DNA of 64,000 nucleotides from Hydrolagus colliei (taxonomy: Eukaryota), in NCBI GenBank assembly GCA_035084275.1, contig CM068769.1:1302001-1366000 (forward strand), written 5' to 3'. Position 1 is the stretch's first letter. Each line of letters begins with the position of its first letter. Position numbers and translations under genes: made by a program. Under the pieces are notes generated by a model that was given only the letters and a program-made list of their open reading frames with translations, had not been told where the DNA came from and did no database searches. Below are positions 48,874 through 60,517 of the stretch, piece by piece.

Positions 48874-51800
48874 ATGCCATCTCCGATTATTCACAGAATA
48901 GAAGACATTTACCACCCGATTCTCGCTGCGTTTGGTGTTCCCGGTAAGTGTTTTACCAAAGTTAATCTATTTACTAATATGCATTAAGGCTCGACCCAGT
49001 TTACCACTGTCCCTCTGAATCAGGCAATCATGGCTTTTAACCCTTTTTAACTTCAAATTAACCTCGTTTATTCCCCATCTTCCTCTCTTACTTTAACACA
49101 CCCCATCTTACCCTCCCTCTGCCCCGTTGACAACCCTCTCCCCTTATACACTATTGTCCCCATTTCTGCCCTGTCCCAATTTCCGTGACCGTTTGTGGAA
49201 CACTTCTGTGCACAATTTGTCTGCCGCGGTTCGCCCACAAAACGTCGGCTTTCCTGCTCTCCTTCCCCCTACCCTGACTCCCCCCTCCACACACACTCTT
49301 CTTCATCCTGCCACGGCGGCGCCCCACTCCACTTGTCCCCTCCTGACTATACAGCTTGAACGAAGCTATGTATATTTAAGTTTTGATTGATTGTTTGATT
49401 GATAAATTAACAACGAAATAATTTGTTGAAGCAACAGAAGGAAGTTCATTTCCTGGCAGTGTGATAGCATCCTTACAAGCTCCCTTACGTCATACACCAG
49501 TTAATAATACCCCAATAAATAAAAAAAAATAACACATTGATCACTACAATGGATAAAATATTTATGCGCCATTGGCTGGTGTATTTCGTGCACAAATATA
49601 CAGTCACTTCACGTCAGTGTAGATTCGGTCAAGCGCTTAACACGTCTACAAGTTACGAAGTGTACTGTTTAAAAATATCACGATTCTTATTAAGTATGTT
49701 TGTGCTCTCTCTGTCTAATTGTGTCTCTCCGGCTCCCTCTGGCGGTGTATGTTTCTGAAACTATCTGAATGCCTTTTTTTATGTGCCCTACTCACTCACG
49801 TGTCTTACTTTTTCTCCCTGTGTGGTGTAGTTTATATCTGTTTGAGTTTCCATAGCTGTTGCGCGCTCTCTCTGTTTCTCTTTCTCGCCGTGTGCCTGGA
49901 TCTGATTCTGTATTTGACTCTCTCTGTGTTAGCTACCAATTGCGAAAGGAGCTACTTACATATAAGATGTTGTTTTTACTCATGTTGTTTATGTATATCT
50001 CCATCCCTTTCTCTCAATTTCTCTGCTTATCTGTTGCTATCCCGTTATCCCATATCTCAAACTGTGTGTAGCTCTCTGACTGTCTGAGAGCGCGTCTCTG
50101 CCTATCTTTCTCTCTCGCTCTGTATGTCCCCAATTCTCCGTCAGCGTGTACATATTTCTACATATCTAATGTTCTATCTTTATCCCTACACATCTAAAGA
50201 AAATGTTCATTGCTTTCCCTTTGTGTATGTGACTCTCTCTGTTGCTATGTATTTCTCTCTGTGTCTGTGTGTATCATTCTCTTGTCGTGTGGTTAACTCG
50301 CACACACTTTGCTCGTGCAGCACTGCATGTCTGCTTGTATCATGCACTTTCTTCCTCAGCTGTCTGTAGCTCCCTCTCTCTGACTGTGTGCGGCTCTCTC
50401 TCACTCTATCCATTTATTTGCGCGAAACTTTCTCTCCTTAAGTAAGCGTTGTGTGTGTGTCGTTCCCGAATTGCTTCTGTCTCTCTCAGTATCGCAAGCT
50501 GTCCCTCTGTGTATCTGTCACTGTCTCTGCAATGCTTTGTATTCCCCATCTCCTGTATATCCCCTACGACCGTAGCTCAGTGGTTAGAGCACTCGATTTA
50601 CCATCACGCGATCTGTGTTCAATTCCTGGCAGGCTAGGGTGAAATCTTGGGCAGGTTTCCTTTCTCTACCCGCCTATTAATAATGCCAGATAAAAATTTG
50701 TTGATTTCAATCCATCACTCCTTATGTGTCACTGATTTGCTCCTTTGCGCTCACCAATAGACAGTCAATTCACTTATACACACTCTATTCTCTGACGCAC
50801 TTAGAGACTTGTAGAAGACGTAAAATGCGCGACATCAAAGCACGCTTTATTATTATTATCTCTGTGTGATTGCACCTTTCTATCTCTTTATCTGTATATC
50901 TATGTAATTGTGCCTCATTGTGTCCATTTCTCTCCGTGTCTATCTCTCTCCTTCTCTCTCCGTGGTTAGCACTCCCTCTGTTATTCTCCAGGTAGTTCTA
51001 TAAATTCACTGTTGATTGGCTCGCGCCTGCGCCTTGATGCATCCGGCGCTGACATTATCAACCTCCATCGTCGCTCACTCGACCTCATCAAGCCACTCAG
51101 GTACCTTGGTGTCTTGTTCGACACTCATGTGTCTTGCCTTTATCACATCCAAGCAATGCCACGGTCTTCCTTTCCTCATCTAATCCACATTGCCCGTCTC
51201 CGCCGCTACTGCATCACCTCAAAGCCGCTGAAAGCCTCACTGATGCCTTCATTACATCCCGGGTCGACAATGTAAATACTCTGCTGGTCAGCCATCCCAA
51301 TTGCTCGCTCCCCAGGCTGCTGATGCTCCAGATACCTGCGGTATGTGTCCCCTACTGACCCAAACTCCGTATTCCATTCTCCCTGACCGTGTTTATTGCA
51401 CATTGTACGTCAGCTTCTTTTTCCTGTCTCTTCATCTCTTGATCTGTGTCTATCTCTCTCGTTCCAATTGTGACTGTGAGTAACTATTTCTCTAGTATAT
51501 GTGTCCCTCTCTTTCCGTTGATAACAATCTATTTCTCCATGTATCTGGTGAGCTGTCTTTTTGCTATCCGTATTCCACTCTCTCTCTCGTTGCGTATCTC
51601 TTACTACAGTAGTGTACTGAGAAGCCGGAGGACCGAGTTTCATTAAGAACTAGTGGGAAAAATAAGGCAAGTTGCTTTACTCCACACATCTCTGTTTACA
51701 TAGATTTAGTTTGGTTAGCTGTGGGGTTTGAGTTCTTGAGGAATCGATCGCCATCCATAAGAAAATGCAAGTAAAGCACATTGCACACAGACAGTGAGAG

Positions 51801-53028
51801 GGGGATTTGCTACCGGCTACCGCCTAGAGAAAGAGAGAGAGAGGGAGAACTAAGCATGGCCAAACAGATCCACAGACATAGTTAGAGATAGATTTTCTCT
51901 GCATTATTTTCCAACCATCTTTCTCTGGGATTTACGTGTATAATTTTGATGCATGGTAGTCTCAGTCTCTCTCTGTCTCTCTATGTGTGTGTGACTGTGA
52001 CACATGGCGCAGGGCAGCGAGCCAGAATTATTATAACTGGTCATTTCCTCTCTCTCTCTCCCTCTCTCCCTCTCTCCGTCTCTCCCTCTCTCCCTCTCTC
52101 CCTCTCTGTAGCTAACCTGACGGCCATTGTGATCCTGTCCCGAGGGAGGTGCGGTCTATCCAAATGTGTCTCTCACTATCTGGTGGCCATGTCAGTGGCT
52201 GATATGATGGTGGTAATTTTTGTGGTGATTTTCTATCGCATTGTTCCTTACTACTTCCCATATTCATTCATGTCCATCACCCATGTTTGCGCGGTGCTGG
52301 AGGCACTGCGTGGTGCAGCATCGGCAACCTCTGTCTGGCTAACTGTGGCTTTCACCTTAGACCGTTATGTCGCCATCTGCTGCCAACAACTGAAATCTAA
52401 ATATTGTACCGAAAAAACAGCTGCTGCAGGGATAGCGGGGCTGAGTCTGTTCTTCATTGGGGAAAACATTCCCTGGTATTTTGCCACTGAACCAGAGTTC
52501 ATAATTAACAATATACCGCGGGGATGTGAAAATAAAGCAAGCTTTTACTGGTTACTCCCATGGACAGTTTTTGACCTCCTCGACCTTATTTTAACCCCTT
52601 TTCTCCCATTCGTCGTGATTCTGCTGCTCAACTCCCTGACTGTCAGGCACATCCTGGTTGCCAGTCGGGCCCGAAGGAGATTGAGGGCACACAGTGATGG
52701 GGATAGGAATAGAGTTCAGAGAGACAGTGATCCAGAGATAAAGAGCCGAAGGAAAGCCATTGTTTTACTTTTTGCGATATCAGGCAATTTTATAGTGTTA
52801 TGGATGACATATGTTTTATTTTTCTTACACCGTAGGATTTCAGAGAGTAACTACTTCTCAGGCTACAATAACACTTGGTATATTATTGGTCAAACTGGCT
52901 CAATGCTGCAGCTTTTAAGCTCCTGTACAAACACGTGCATTTACGCTATTACACAGACTCAATTCAGAGAGGAGATTAAGAGAGCGGTGGCATTTCCTTT
53001 TATATTAATTGTAGAAGTATTTCATTAG
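48874..53028 (+). CDS. GPR139-like 7TM receptor paralogue G4, intact, 328 aa
   Basis: Exon 1 48874-48943 (70 nt, MPSPIIHRIEDIYHPILAAFGVP+G, donor GTAAGT) and exon 2 52112-53028 (917 nt, after a polypyrimidine tract and tgtAG). Total 987 nt open, with SRGRCGLSKC, VADMMV, FTLDRYVAICC, IPWYF, LTP, LWMT and NTCIY. AATAAA at 53030-53035. Confidence 0.93.
49732..49745 (-). promoter_or_regulatory. CTCF-like motif
   Basis: Minus strand CCGCCAGAGGGAGC in the G4 intron. Confidence 0.45.
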
Positions 53029-53919
53029 CAATAAAGCAAAGTCTAATTTAAAGACAGAGAACAGCTCCAGCTTCAGCCTATGTACATATTCCAATGTCAG
53101 GTTTAGATACAGAATAAAGCTCCCTCAACAACAACAAAAAAAATTGGGTGTTTTGCGGCTGTTACTTGGGAAGGACGTCCAAATATAACTGATGAAATTG
53201 GCAACAGGAAAATTGGTGAACATCACTCAAATATATTGTCACAGTGACATATTTCTGATTGGTAAAGCTGATGTTGATCTACGGACGATTAACCCCTTAA
53301 TGTCCAACTCTATTTCAAAACATTCTGCCACATGTGTTGTTAGTGAACTTTTTTCCGTCTTGTTCCCCAAAACGTTTTTGGTTTTGATCACATTCCGCAT
53401 ACTTCTTATTTTAAAAGCCGAAGTTTGAATTGTTGATGCAAATTAGTTCTGCTATATGTCTCGAGGTTTGCACAACTGATCAACATAAAAATAAAATGTC
53501 TTTACAAGTACCATGAAACTAGTCATTTTTGTGTTTTGTTTTCATTTTCATGAATCTGAATGCCTTTTCTCCATTAAGTTTCTTCATCAAGAGAGTTTAG
53601 CCTGCTCCAATGTCTCCACCCAAACCGCCCTACCATCACTGGCGGGGCTTTCAGTTCCTACAGTCTGGAACTCCATTCTACAATCCATTAGCCTCGCTTC
53701 CTCCTGCTCTTCCTTCAAGGCCGGTCTCAAGAACTTCCTCCTCGACCGTGCCACTTCTCTCTTTCTAACATTCCCCCATTTTCCTCCTCTGCTTTCCCCT
53801 ACTCCTTCGCCGAGGAGTAGGGGAACACCCCCACCCAACACCCACACCCTATGGTAGGTTTACTGACCAAACTGTTCAGCGCCCTGTGACGTCCTCCCGT
53901 CTCACTAAAAATGGATTGA

Positions 53920-54270
53920 TGTTTATCAGTGGTTATCAGTTGTTAGAGCACTCGCCTTCCAAGCATGAGACCTGAGTTCGAACCTACAAAGGTCAGGGCG
54001 AAACCTTGGGCAAGTTTCGTTACTCCACACACACACGCCTGATCATATTCCGTCCAAAATTAAACACAACAATTTTTTTAATGGTCATTTCAACCTACGG
54101 CTATTTGCGTGTGACTGCTGTGCACAATTGGCTGCAGCGTTTCGCTCTCCCACGAATATACAGTCGATTCACTTTACAGTACATTCTATGAAGCACGTTG
54201 AGAATGTCGACGAATTGTGTACAGCGATGTTCACGACATCAAATGCAAGTATTATCATTAATATTATTAC
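53920..54270 (+). mobile_element. tRNA-derived Deu-domain SINE
   Basis: GTTGTTAGAGCACTCGCCTTCCAAGCATGAGACCTGAGTTCGAACC head, CTTGGGCAAGTTTCGTTACTCC core, Deu motif and tail. Further copies lie near 3480-3830, 10060-10376, 40240-40480, 50570-50850, 59930-60190 and 61040-61330. Confidence 0.85.
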
Positions 54271-54439
54271 TGCAGGTAAACAGATGCACATGTGCCGAGT
54301 AGGAGAAGTTGCACAGCTTGTCGCACTGCTAGGAATCAAACCCTGTTTTATTGCTTGCCCAGATCCCTGGAGATGTAACTACACCACAGGAAAACATGCG
54401 TAATTCTGCATTTCTCTGAATTATACAAATGTGTGTTTG

Positions 54440-55680
54440 CTTTAAGTTCGGATGGGGGCAGGGGGGATGTGTGTGTAGGTGCGTGGGTCGGTTTCTTTGT
54501 ATGTTTGGAGGGTATGTTTGTGCGAGTGTGGTGGTAAGTTTCTATTTGTGTGGACAGGGTTCGTGGTGGGTATGTTTGCGTGTATGTGAGGTATGATTGT
54601 GGGATTATGGGGCTAGGTTTGTGTATGAGAGGGGAGATATTTGTGTATGTGAGGGGGGTTTACGTTTGTGGGATTGGGTAGATTTTTAATGCGGGGGTTA
54701 ATTTTGTGTATGTGTGTGAGGGTTAGTTTGTGTATGTGTGTGGGATGTGGGTTGTATAGGCTTGTGTGTGGAGGGAATTTATGTTGCTATGTTTGCGTTT
54801 GTGGGAGGGGCTAGGATTTTGTGTATGGTTACTAGATTTTGGGTGGGAGGCGGTAGAGTTGTGCGTGTGTGGCTGGGTTAATGTTGATACGTGTGGATGT
54901 GGGTAGCCTTGTGTAGCGGTGGGCGGTAGGTTTGTGTGTGTGGTTCGTAGGTTTGTGTGTGTAGATTTGTATGTGCATGGCGGGGTAGGATTCCGTGAGA
55001 GAGAGTGTGTAGATATGAGTATGGGTTGTGTGTAGGTATGTGTGTGCGTGTGGTGGGGTAGGATTGTTTGTGTTGGCGGTATATTGTGTGCGTGGTCGTA
55101 GGTAGGTTTGTGTGTTTCGGTCGATGGGGTTGGTTCATGTGTATGTGGGGTGGAGAAAGGTTTGTTGGGGGAGGGAGTAGGTTTTTGTGTGGACTGTAGG
55201 TTTGATTGTGCTTGGGATAGCTTTGAGGATGGAGGGGTGTTGCTGTTATTTTCGTGTGTGAGTCGGAGGGCGTAGGTTGGTGTATATGTATGGGATAGAT
55301 TTGTGTTGGTATGTGGGGGTAGATATGTATATATATATGTCTGGGGAATGTGAGTATTGATATGCGGTTGTAGGTTTGTTTGTGCGGGTGCAGGTTTTTG
55401 TGTGTGGGAGGGGCATGTCCGTTTGTGAATGAGGGGGCATGAAGATTTATGTGTGTGTGGGTGGGAAGATAGGTTTGTTTGAATGCGTCGTGTGTTCGTT
55501 TTGTGTGTGTGAGGGGATAAGATTGTTTGTGTTGGGGGTAGATTGTGTGTGTGTGATAGTAGATTGTGTGTGTGGGGGGGAGGGGAGGTTTGTTTGTGTG
55601 TATGTGGGAGAGTATACGTTTATATGTCTGGGAAGGCGTAGGTTCGTAAGCTTCAGGTTGGACGGGGGAGGGGGCTCATA
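54440..55680. repeat. GT-rich low-complexity tract
   Basis: Degenerate (gtttgtgtgt/gtgggtagg) units over about 1.2 kb. Confidence 0.8.
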
Positions 55681-56699
55681 CGGTGGGAGTAGAGAGGCTG
55701 AAGTTTACCTCGCTAATGTCGTAATCTGTTGAGCAGAAGGAACCGGCAGTTTGATGGGGGCATAGAACGTTGCAGATGCAAGCAATGACGTATAAGGTGA
55801 CTAATAATCAGTATTTTCTTTGTATCCTGTGTGATGGGAAGCCAGTAGAATTGTATATTTGTGTGATGGAAAGCCAGTAGAATCAGGACGAATAATGTTG
55901 ATAAGTTTACGGAGGCCAGTACAGGAGAGTATAAGGGCTGTAGATGTTTGGATGATATGTAGTGTATGGATAGAGGAATAGGGACGATAAGAAGTAGGAA
56001 GTTAGCATAGCTAAGAATGGATATTATGAATGTGTGTGAGGACGGATGTCGGCAAAGGTGGATAGTGATATGCAAATGACCAAAAGCACAGAGACCAAAT
56101 CATATCTGCAAACGGGCCTTCACGTAGGCGAGGGAAAGTCAAAAACAACTGTACTCCTTGATGGAGTTGCAGATAATTGCCCCAAATGAGCAAGTTGGAC
56201 AAGCAACTGTGTGTTCGGCAAGCGAGGCGAGATGAAGCAAGCTACTGTCTACACCGTGGGAGGAGTGTGCAGGAAAATGCTTGAATTAAAATTTGTGATT
56301 AATTCCTTGCTCAGGGTTACAAGTAGACACAATACTACTCCACCTGCATCATTTCCACCATAGTATGTTTCGAATGCACATCATTCCAGGAGGTCAAGGA
56401 TAACCCAAGGCCCCGTTTCCCCAGAACAAAACAACTCATCTCAAACCAGGGTATTTTGTCTCGTACTTCCTCAAATCCAGTTATAAGTGCAAGGACACAC
56501 TTTATGTACTTGTGTCTAAAATGGAACTAATCCATGCTGGTGCAAACAACGTCCAGTTCCCTCGTCCAGTCTGCATCAAATTGTTCCGTTAGTTCGTGAA
56601 CACATCACTCCATATCTCGCTTAACACCCGTCTCTTATGCAAACACTAGCGTGTGGTTACATGACCTGTGGCCATCAATCAACCGATCAGCTCGAACTT

Positions 56700-57051
56700 G
56701 TCATCTCTCTTGTCATCTCGCAACCTTTCCTTCCACACGCACTCCACAATGTATGTTCGTTGCCACCGACTTGATCGTGTGGTCTCACTGACTATCACTG
56801 GCAAAGCCATCACTGACCACAACATCATCTCCTTCAAGTTCGCAGTCACTTTAACCACCGACGCCAAATTCACCAGCACCCTGTACATCCATTGGAAGAA
56901 AATCTCCCACAATCTCTCTCCAAAACGCGGGAGTCATCTGAATTGGTACACCGCTGGCCTACCTCGCGTACTGAACTCTCCTCCTCTCTCACTCTCCTCC
57001 ATGCTATCCTCATCGGTAACTTCAACGCCCTTTCACGCTTCGCTCCCGCAA
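56700..57051 (+). mobile_element. L2/CR1 endonuclease fragments adjoining an assembly gap
   Basis: LDRVVS...ITDHNIISF (SDH-like motif) and ILIGNFN (GDFN-like) in different frames. Confidence 0.5.
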
Positions 57052-58446
57052 NNNNNNNNNNNNNNNNNNNNNNNNNNNNNNNNNNNNNNNNNNNNNNNNN
57101 NNNNNNNNNNNNNNNNNNNNNNNNNNNNNNNNNNNNNNNNNNNNNNNNNNNNNNNNNNNNNNNNNNNNNNNNNNNNNNNNNNNNNNNNNNNNNNNNNNNN
57201 NNNNNNNNNNNNNNNNNNNNNNNNNNNNNNNNNNNNNNNNNNNNNNNNNNNNNNNNNNNNNNNNNNNNNNNNNNNNNNNNNNNNNNNNNNNNNNNNNNNN
57301 NNNNNNNNNNNNNNNNNNNNNNNNNNNNNNNNNNNNNNNNNNNNNNNNNNNNNNNNNNNNNNNNNNNNNNNNNNNNNNNNNNNNNNNNNNNNNNNNNNNN
57401 NNNNNNNNNNNNNNNNNNNNNNNNNNNNNNNNNNNNNNNNNNNNNNNNNNNNNNNNNNNNNNNNNNNNNNNNNNNNNNNNNNNNNNNNNNNNNNNNNNNN
57501 NNNNNNNNNNNNNNNNNNNNNNNNNNNNNNNNNNNNNNNNNNNNNNNNNNNNNNNNNNNNNNNNNNNNNNNNNNNNNNNNNNNNNNNNNNNNNNNNNNNN
57601 NNNNNNNNNNNNNNNNNNNNNNNNNNNNNNNNNNNNNNNNNNNNNNNNNNNNNNNNNNNNNNNNNNNNNNNNNNNNNNNNNNNNNNNNNNNNNNNNNNNN
57701 NNNNNNNNNNNNNNNNNNNNNNNNNNNNNNNNNNNNNNNNNNNNNNNNNNNNNNNNNNNNNNNNNNNNNNNNNNNNNNNNNNNNNNNNNNNNNNNNNNNN
57801 NNNNNNNNNNNNNNNNNNNNNNNNNNNNNNNNNNNNNNNNNNNNNNNNNNNNNNNNNNNNNNNNTTACTTATTACTTATTCCTAAAAAGATAGTAAATTT
57901 GTCACTTTGTACTGCTGAAGTTTGTGGGACGCTGCTTTGTGTAATTCACTGCCAGCTATTGCCCGCAATACACACTGTCAATAGATTTGACTGTGTAACA
58001 TGTGAAGCTCAATGAGACTTAGTGAATATATGAACGGACGATGTATCAAATGCAAGAATTATTATTATTGTTAGACAGTGTGTTCAGTAGTCACCAAAGT
58101 ATTTGCATCTTATTTTCATACAATTCCACAATGTGGTTTAACGTATTCGTTAAAGATATTTGTGCACATCATCAGCAAAGATTAAGGATTAGATTGAATC
58201 CCGACAATCACTCTGAGGTGTCTCCCCCCACCACCCCCTCCCACTCGCGCTCACCACCCACCTACTTGGGAGGTTCATTGTTCAAAGTAGGATTTGATGC
58301 GGTTGACTGAAAGCCGTGTCCAATCGTTGAAGAATGTTTGTTCAGCCGCTTGTGAGTAATGCCCTCCAACCAAGCAGCTTAATGTTCTCTCTGGGGGCCA
58401 CACACATAAATAGCGTTGCGGCCGTCAGTGCGAAACTCGCTTCAAC

Positions 58447-59186
58447 ATGAAGAGGTTTCACAGTTTCTTGGAGAAGAGTTTTCGAAAAGAAACCATTTTC
58501 CAAATAATGAACATTGTGTACCCTGCCCTCGCCCTTTTCGGATTGATCGGTAAATCAGCGAATTACACTACAATTATACTACGCTTGCTTTCAGTCATTT
58601 TGCAGGAATGTTCTTGGTACAATTCGATTGGCATTTCGCCTTGGGGACATCATCTACTCAAATAACCAGTATAAGTGTCGTTGCTTTTGGATCTCGCCAG
58701 CTCTTTCCCACTTCAGTCGCTCACAGTACCAACCTTCGTTGTGCCCATTCCAGCAGTTATGTAAATCGCCATTCCAGATAGGTGCCACTGAAGCAACCCA
58801 AACCCCAACCCTCCCACTACTTTCAAATATCTTCCAGCTGTGAAAGGTTGTGCAGGTAATTGTGTTAAATATGACACAGAGTCTGACGAAAACTTAGAAA
58901 ATCCTCTCAAGAAACCTCACATGCTTTACTGTGAAGTCCTGAAGTACAGTGACTATGTGTAATGGAATTCAGTTTGCACAGTGCAACATCCCGAAATGTG
59001 GCTTTAATCAACGTATTATTAAGGTTATTGGCCAGGGAAGCGCACAGAATTTCCCTTCTCTTCCCTATAGAGCTGTGAGAGACTTCCTTCTCGTGTCTGT
59101 TCCGACACAACACACAGTTCCGAAAAGAGTTGAAGAAAGCGGTGAAATATCCCTTACTTTTCATGCTGAAAGTGGTTACACAGTAA
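58447..59186 (+). pseudogene. GPR139-like paralogue G5: exon 1 plus only the C-terminal tail of exon 2
   Basis: Exon 1 58447-58549 (103 nt, MKRFHSFLEKSFRKETIFQIMNIVYPALALFGLI+G, donor GTAAAT). TQFRKELKKAVKYPLLFMLKVVTQ* at 59112-59186 matches the helix-8 tails of G2, G3 and G4. No TM2-TM7 sequence lies between. Confidence 0.8.
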
Positions 59187-60478
59187 CGGAGTGAGGCTCG
59201 ATTTGGTTCTGAAACATAGGATCGCTTCAGCTTCAAGCAAGTCAAAGAATGTCAGTCACAATATCGGTGTAAGTTTCATTTCCATGTTTCGCAATGGAAA
59301 AAATATACTTCCGTTTGATGTAATTCCTGCCACAATAACATGACTGTAGTTTGCCAAGGCTGAGAACTACAAAGATAAAATCGGTTATTTGTTTAAATGC
59401 CTGTGTTTCGAAGTTATTCCGCGACGTTGTCTCTGTTTCATTAAATTGTGTCGTTAATACAATTTGTACCAAATTGGCGGTGGAGATACACACACAAATC
59501 CATCTAGCGTCTTGGAGCAATCCAAACTTTCAACTTAAAAAGCAATAAACCTTCATTTGTATATCACAAAACAGAAAATACTACATTCTGGGAATCTGAA
59601 ACAAAAACAGAAGTTGCTGGTGGAAGTAAGCAGGTCAGGCAGCATCCATGGAGAAAGGAAAATTAGTCACCTTTTCGGGTCTACAAACCTTCCTCAGAAA
59701 CGTGGCAGACGTTTGGAGGCACACGTTTTTTTTAACACAAATAATAATACTTAGAAGTACAATAATAATAATATTAACAATAATACCACCATTAATACTG
59801 TCAATAATAATATCAGTAATTGCAATAATACTTGCATTTCATATAGTGCCGTATCACATCTTCGTGACATATCAAAGGGCCTCATAGAATGTTCTGAAAA
59901 TTAAATTGACTGTACATTAATAATAATAATAAAAATAATGCTTGCGTTTCATACAGCGCTTTACACGTATTATCGACGTCTCAAAGCGATTGACAGAATA
60001 TACAGTAAAATGAGTAAATATATATTTGTGGACAAATCGTGGCAGCCAATTGCACACAGCAGCGTCCCACAAACAGTCGTGTATTGAAATGAACAATTTT
60101 TATCTTGTGGTTTGCTTTGGACGGATTAATATCAGGCGCGTGTGTGTGGAGTAAGGAAACGTGCCCAGTGTTTTGCGTTGTGTAGGGAACACGACAGCTA
60201 TTTGCAAACTACAGAGTCCCACAAGCACTCGTGGAATGAGGGACTAACATTTTGCATCCACAAATATTAATCACTCGATAAGCAATTATGAACTAAGAAA
60301 CGTTTTCCATCTTACTGCTAGTTAATACTGCTTGGAAAATGGAAAATTGCCCAAACTTCGCCCTGCTGTTTATCAAACCAGAGTTTTCTTAGCTACGAGG
60401 CGAATTTTCTCAGCACAAAGCTTCGGTTTTCTCCAATTTATTCTTTTTTGGGTTATCATTGAGCGTCAATCATGACTA

Positions 60479-60517
60479 GGTTTTTGAACAGGCAACCCAT
60501 TGACTTGCAGCACTGTG
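60479..60517 (-). other. Recombination signal sequence of V3 (23-bp spacer)
   Basis: CACAGTG + 23 nt + TCAAAAACC. Confidence 0.9.

Noticed and set aside
50570-50640. tRNA-like sequences here and at other SINE heads
   Set aside because: They continue into SINE core and Deu sequence and lack a complete acceptor stem and terminator, so they are not tRNA genes.
51946-52111. 55-aa N-terminal extension of the 360-aa ORF
   Set aside because: It is the CT-rich intron end read in frame. The true start is the 70-nt exon at 48874, matching the structure of the other paralogues.
55178-55410. GGTTTTTGT nonamer matches
   Set aside because: They lie in a GT-rich low-complexity tract with no heptamer at the correct spacing.
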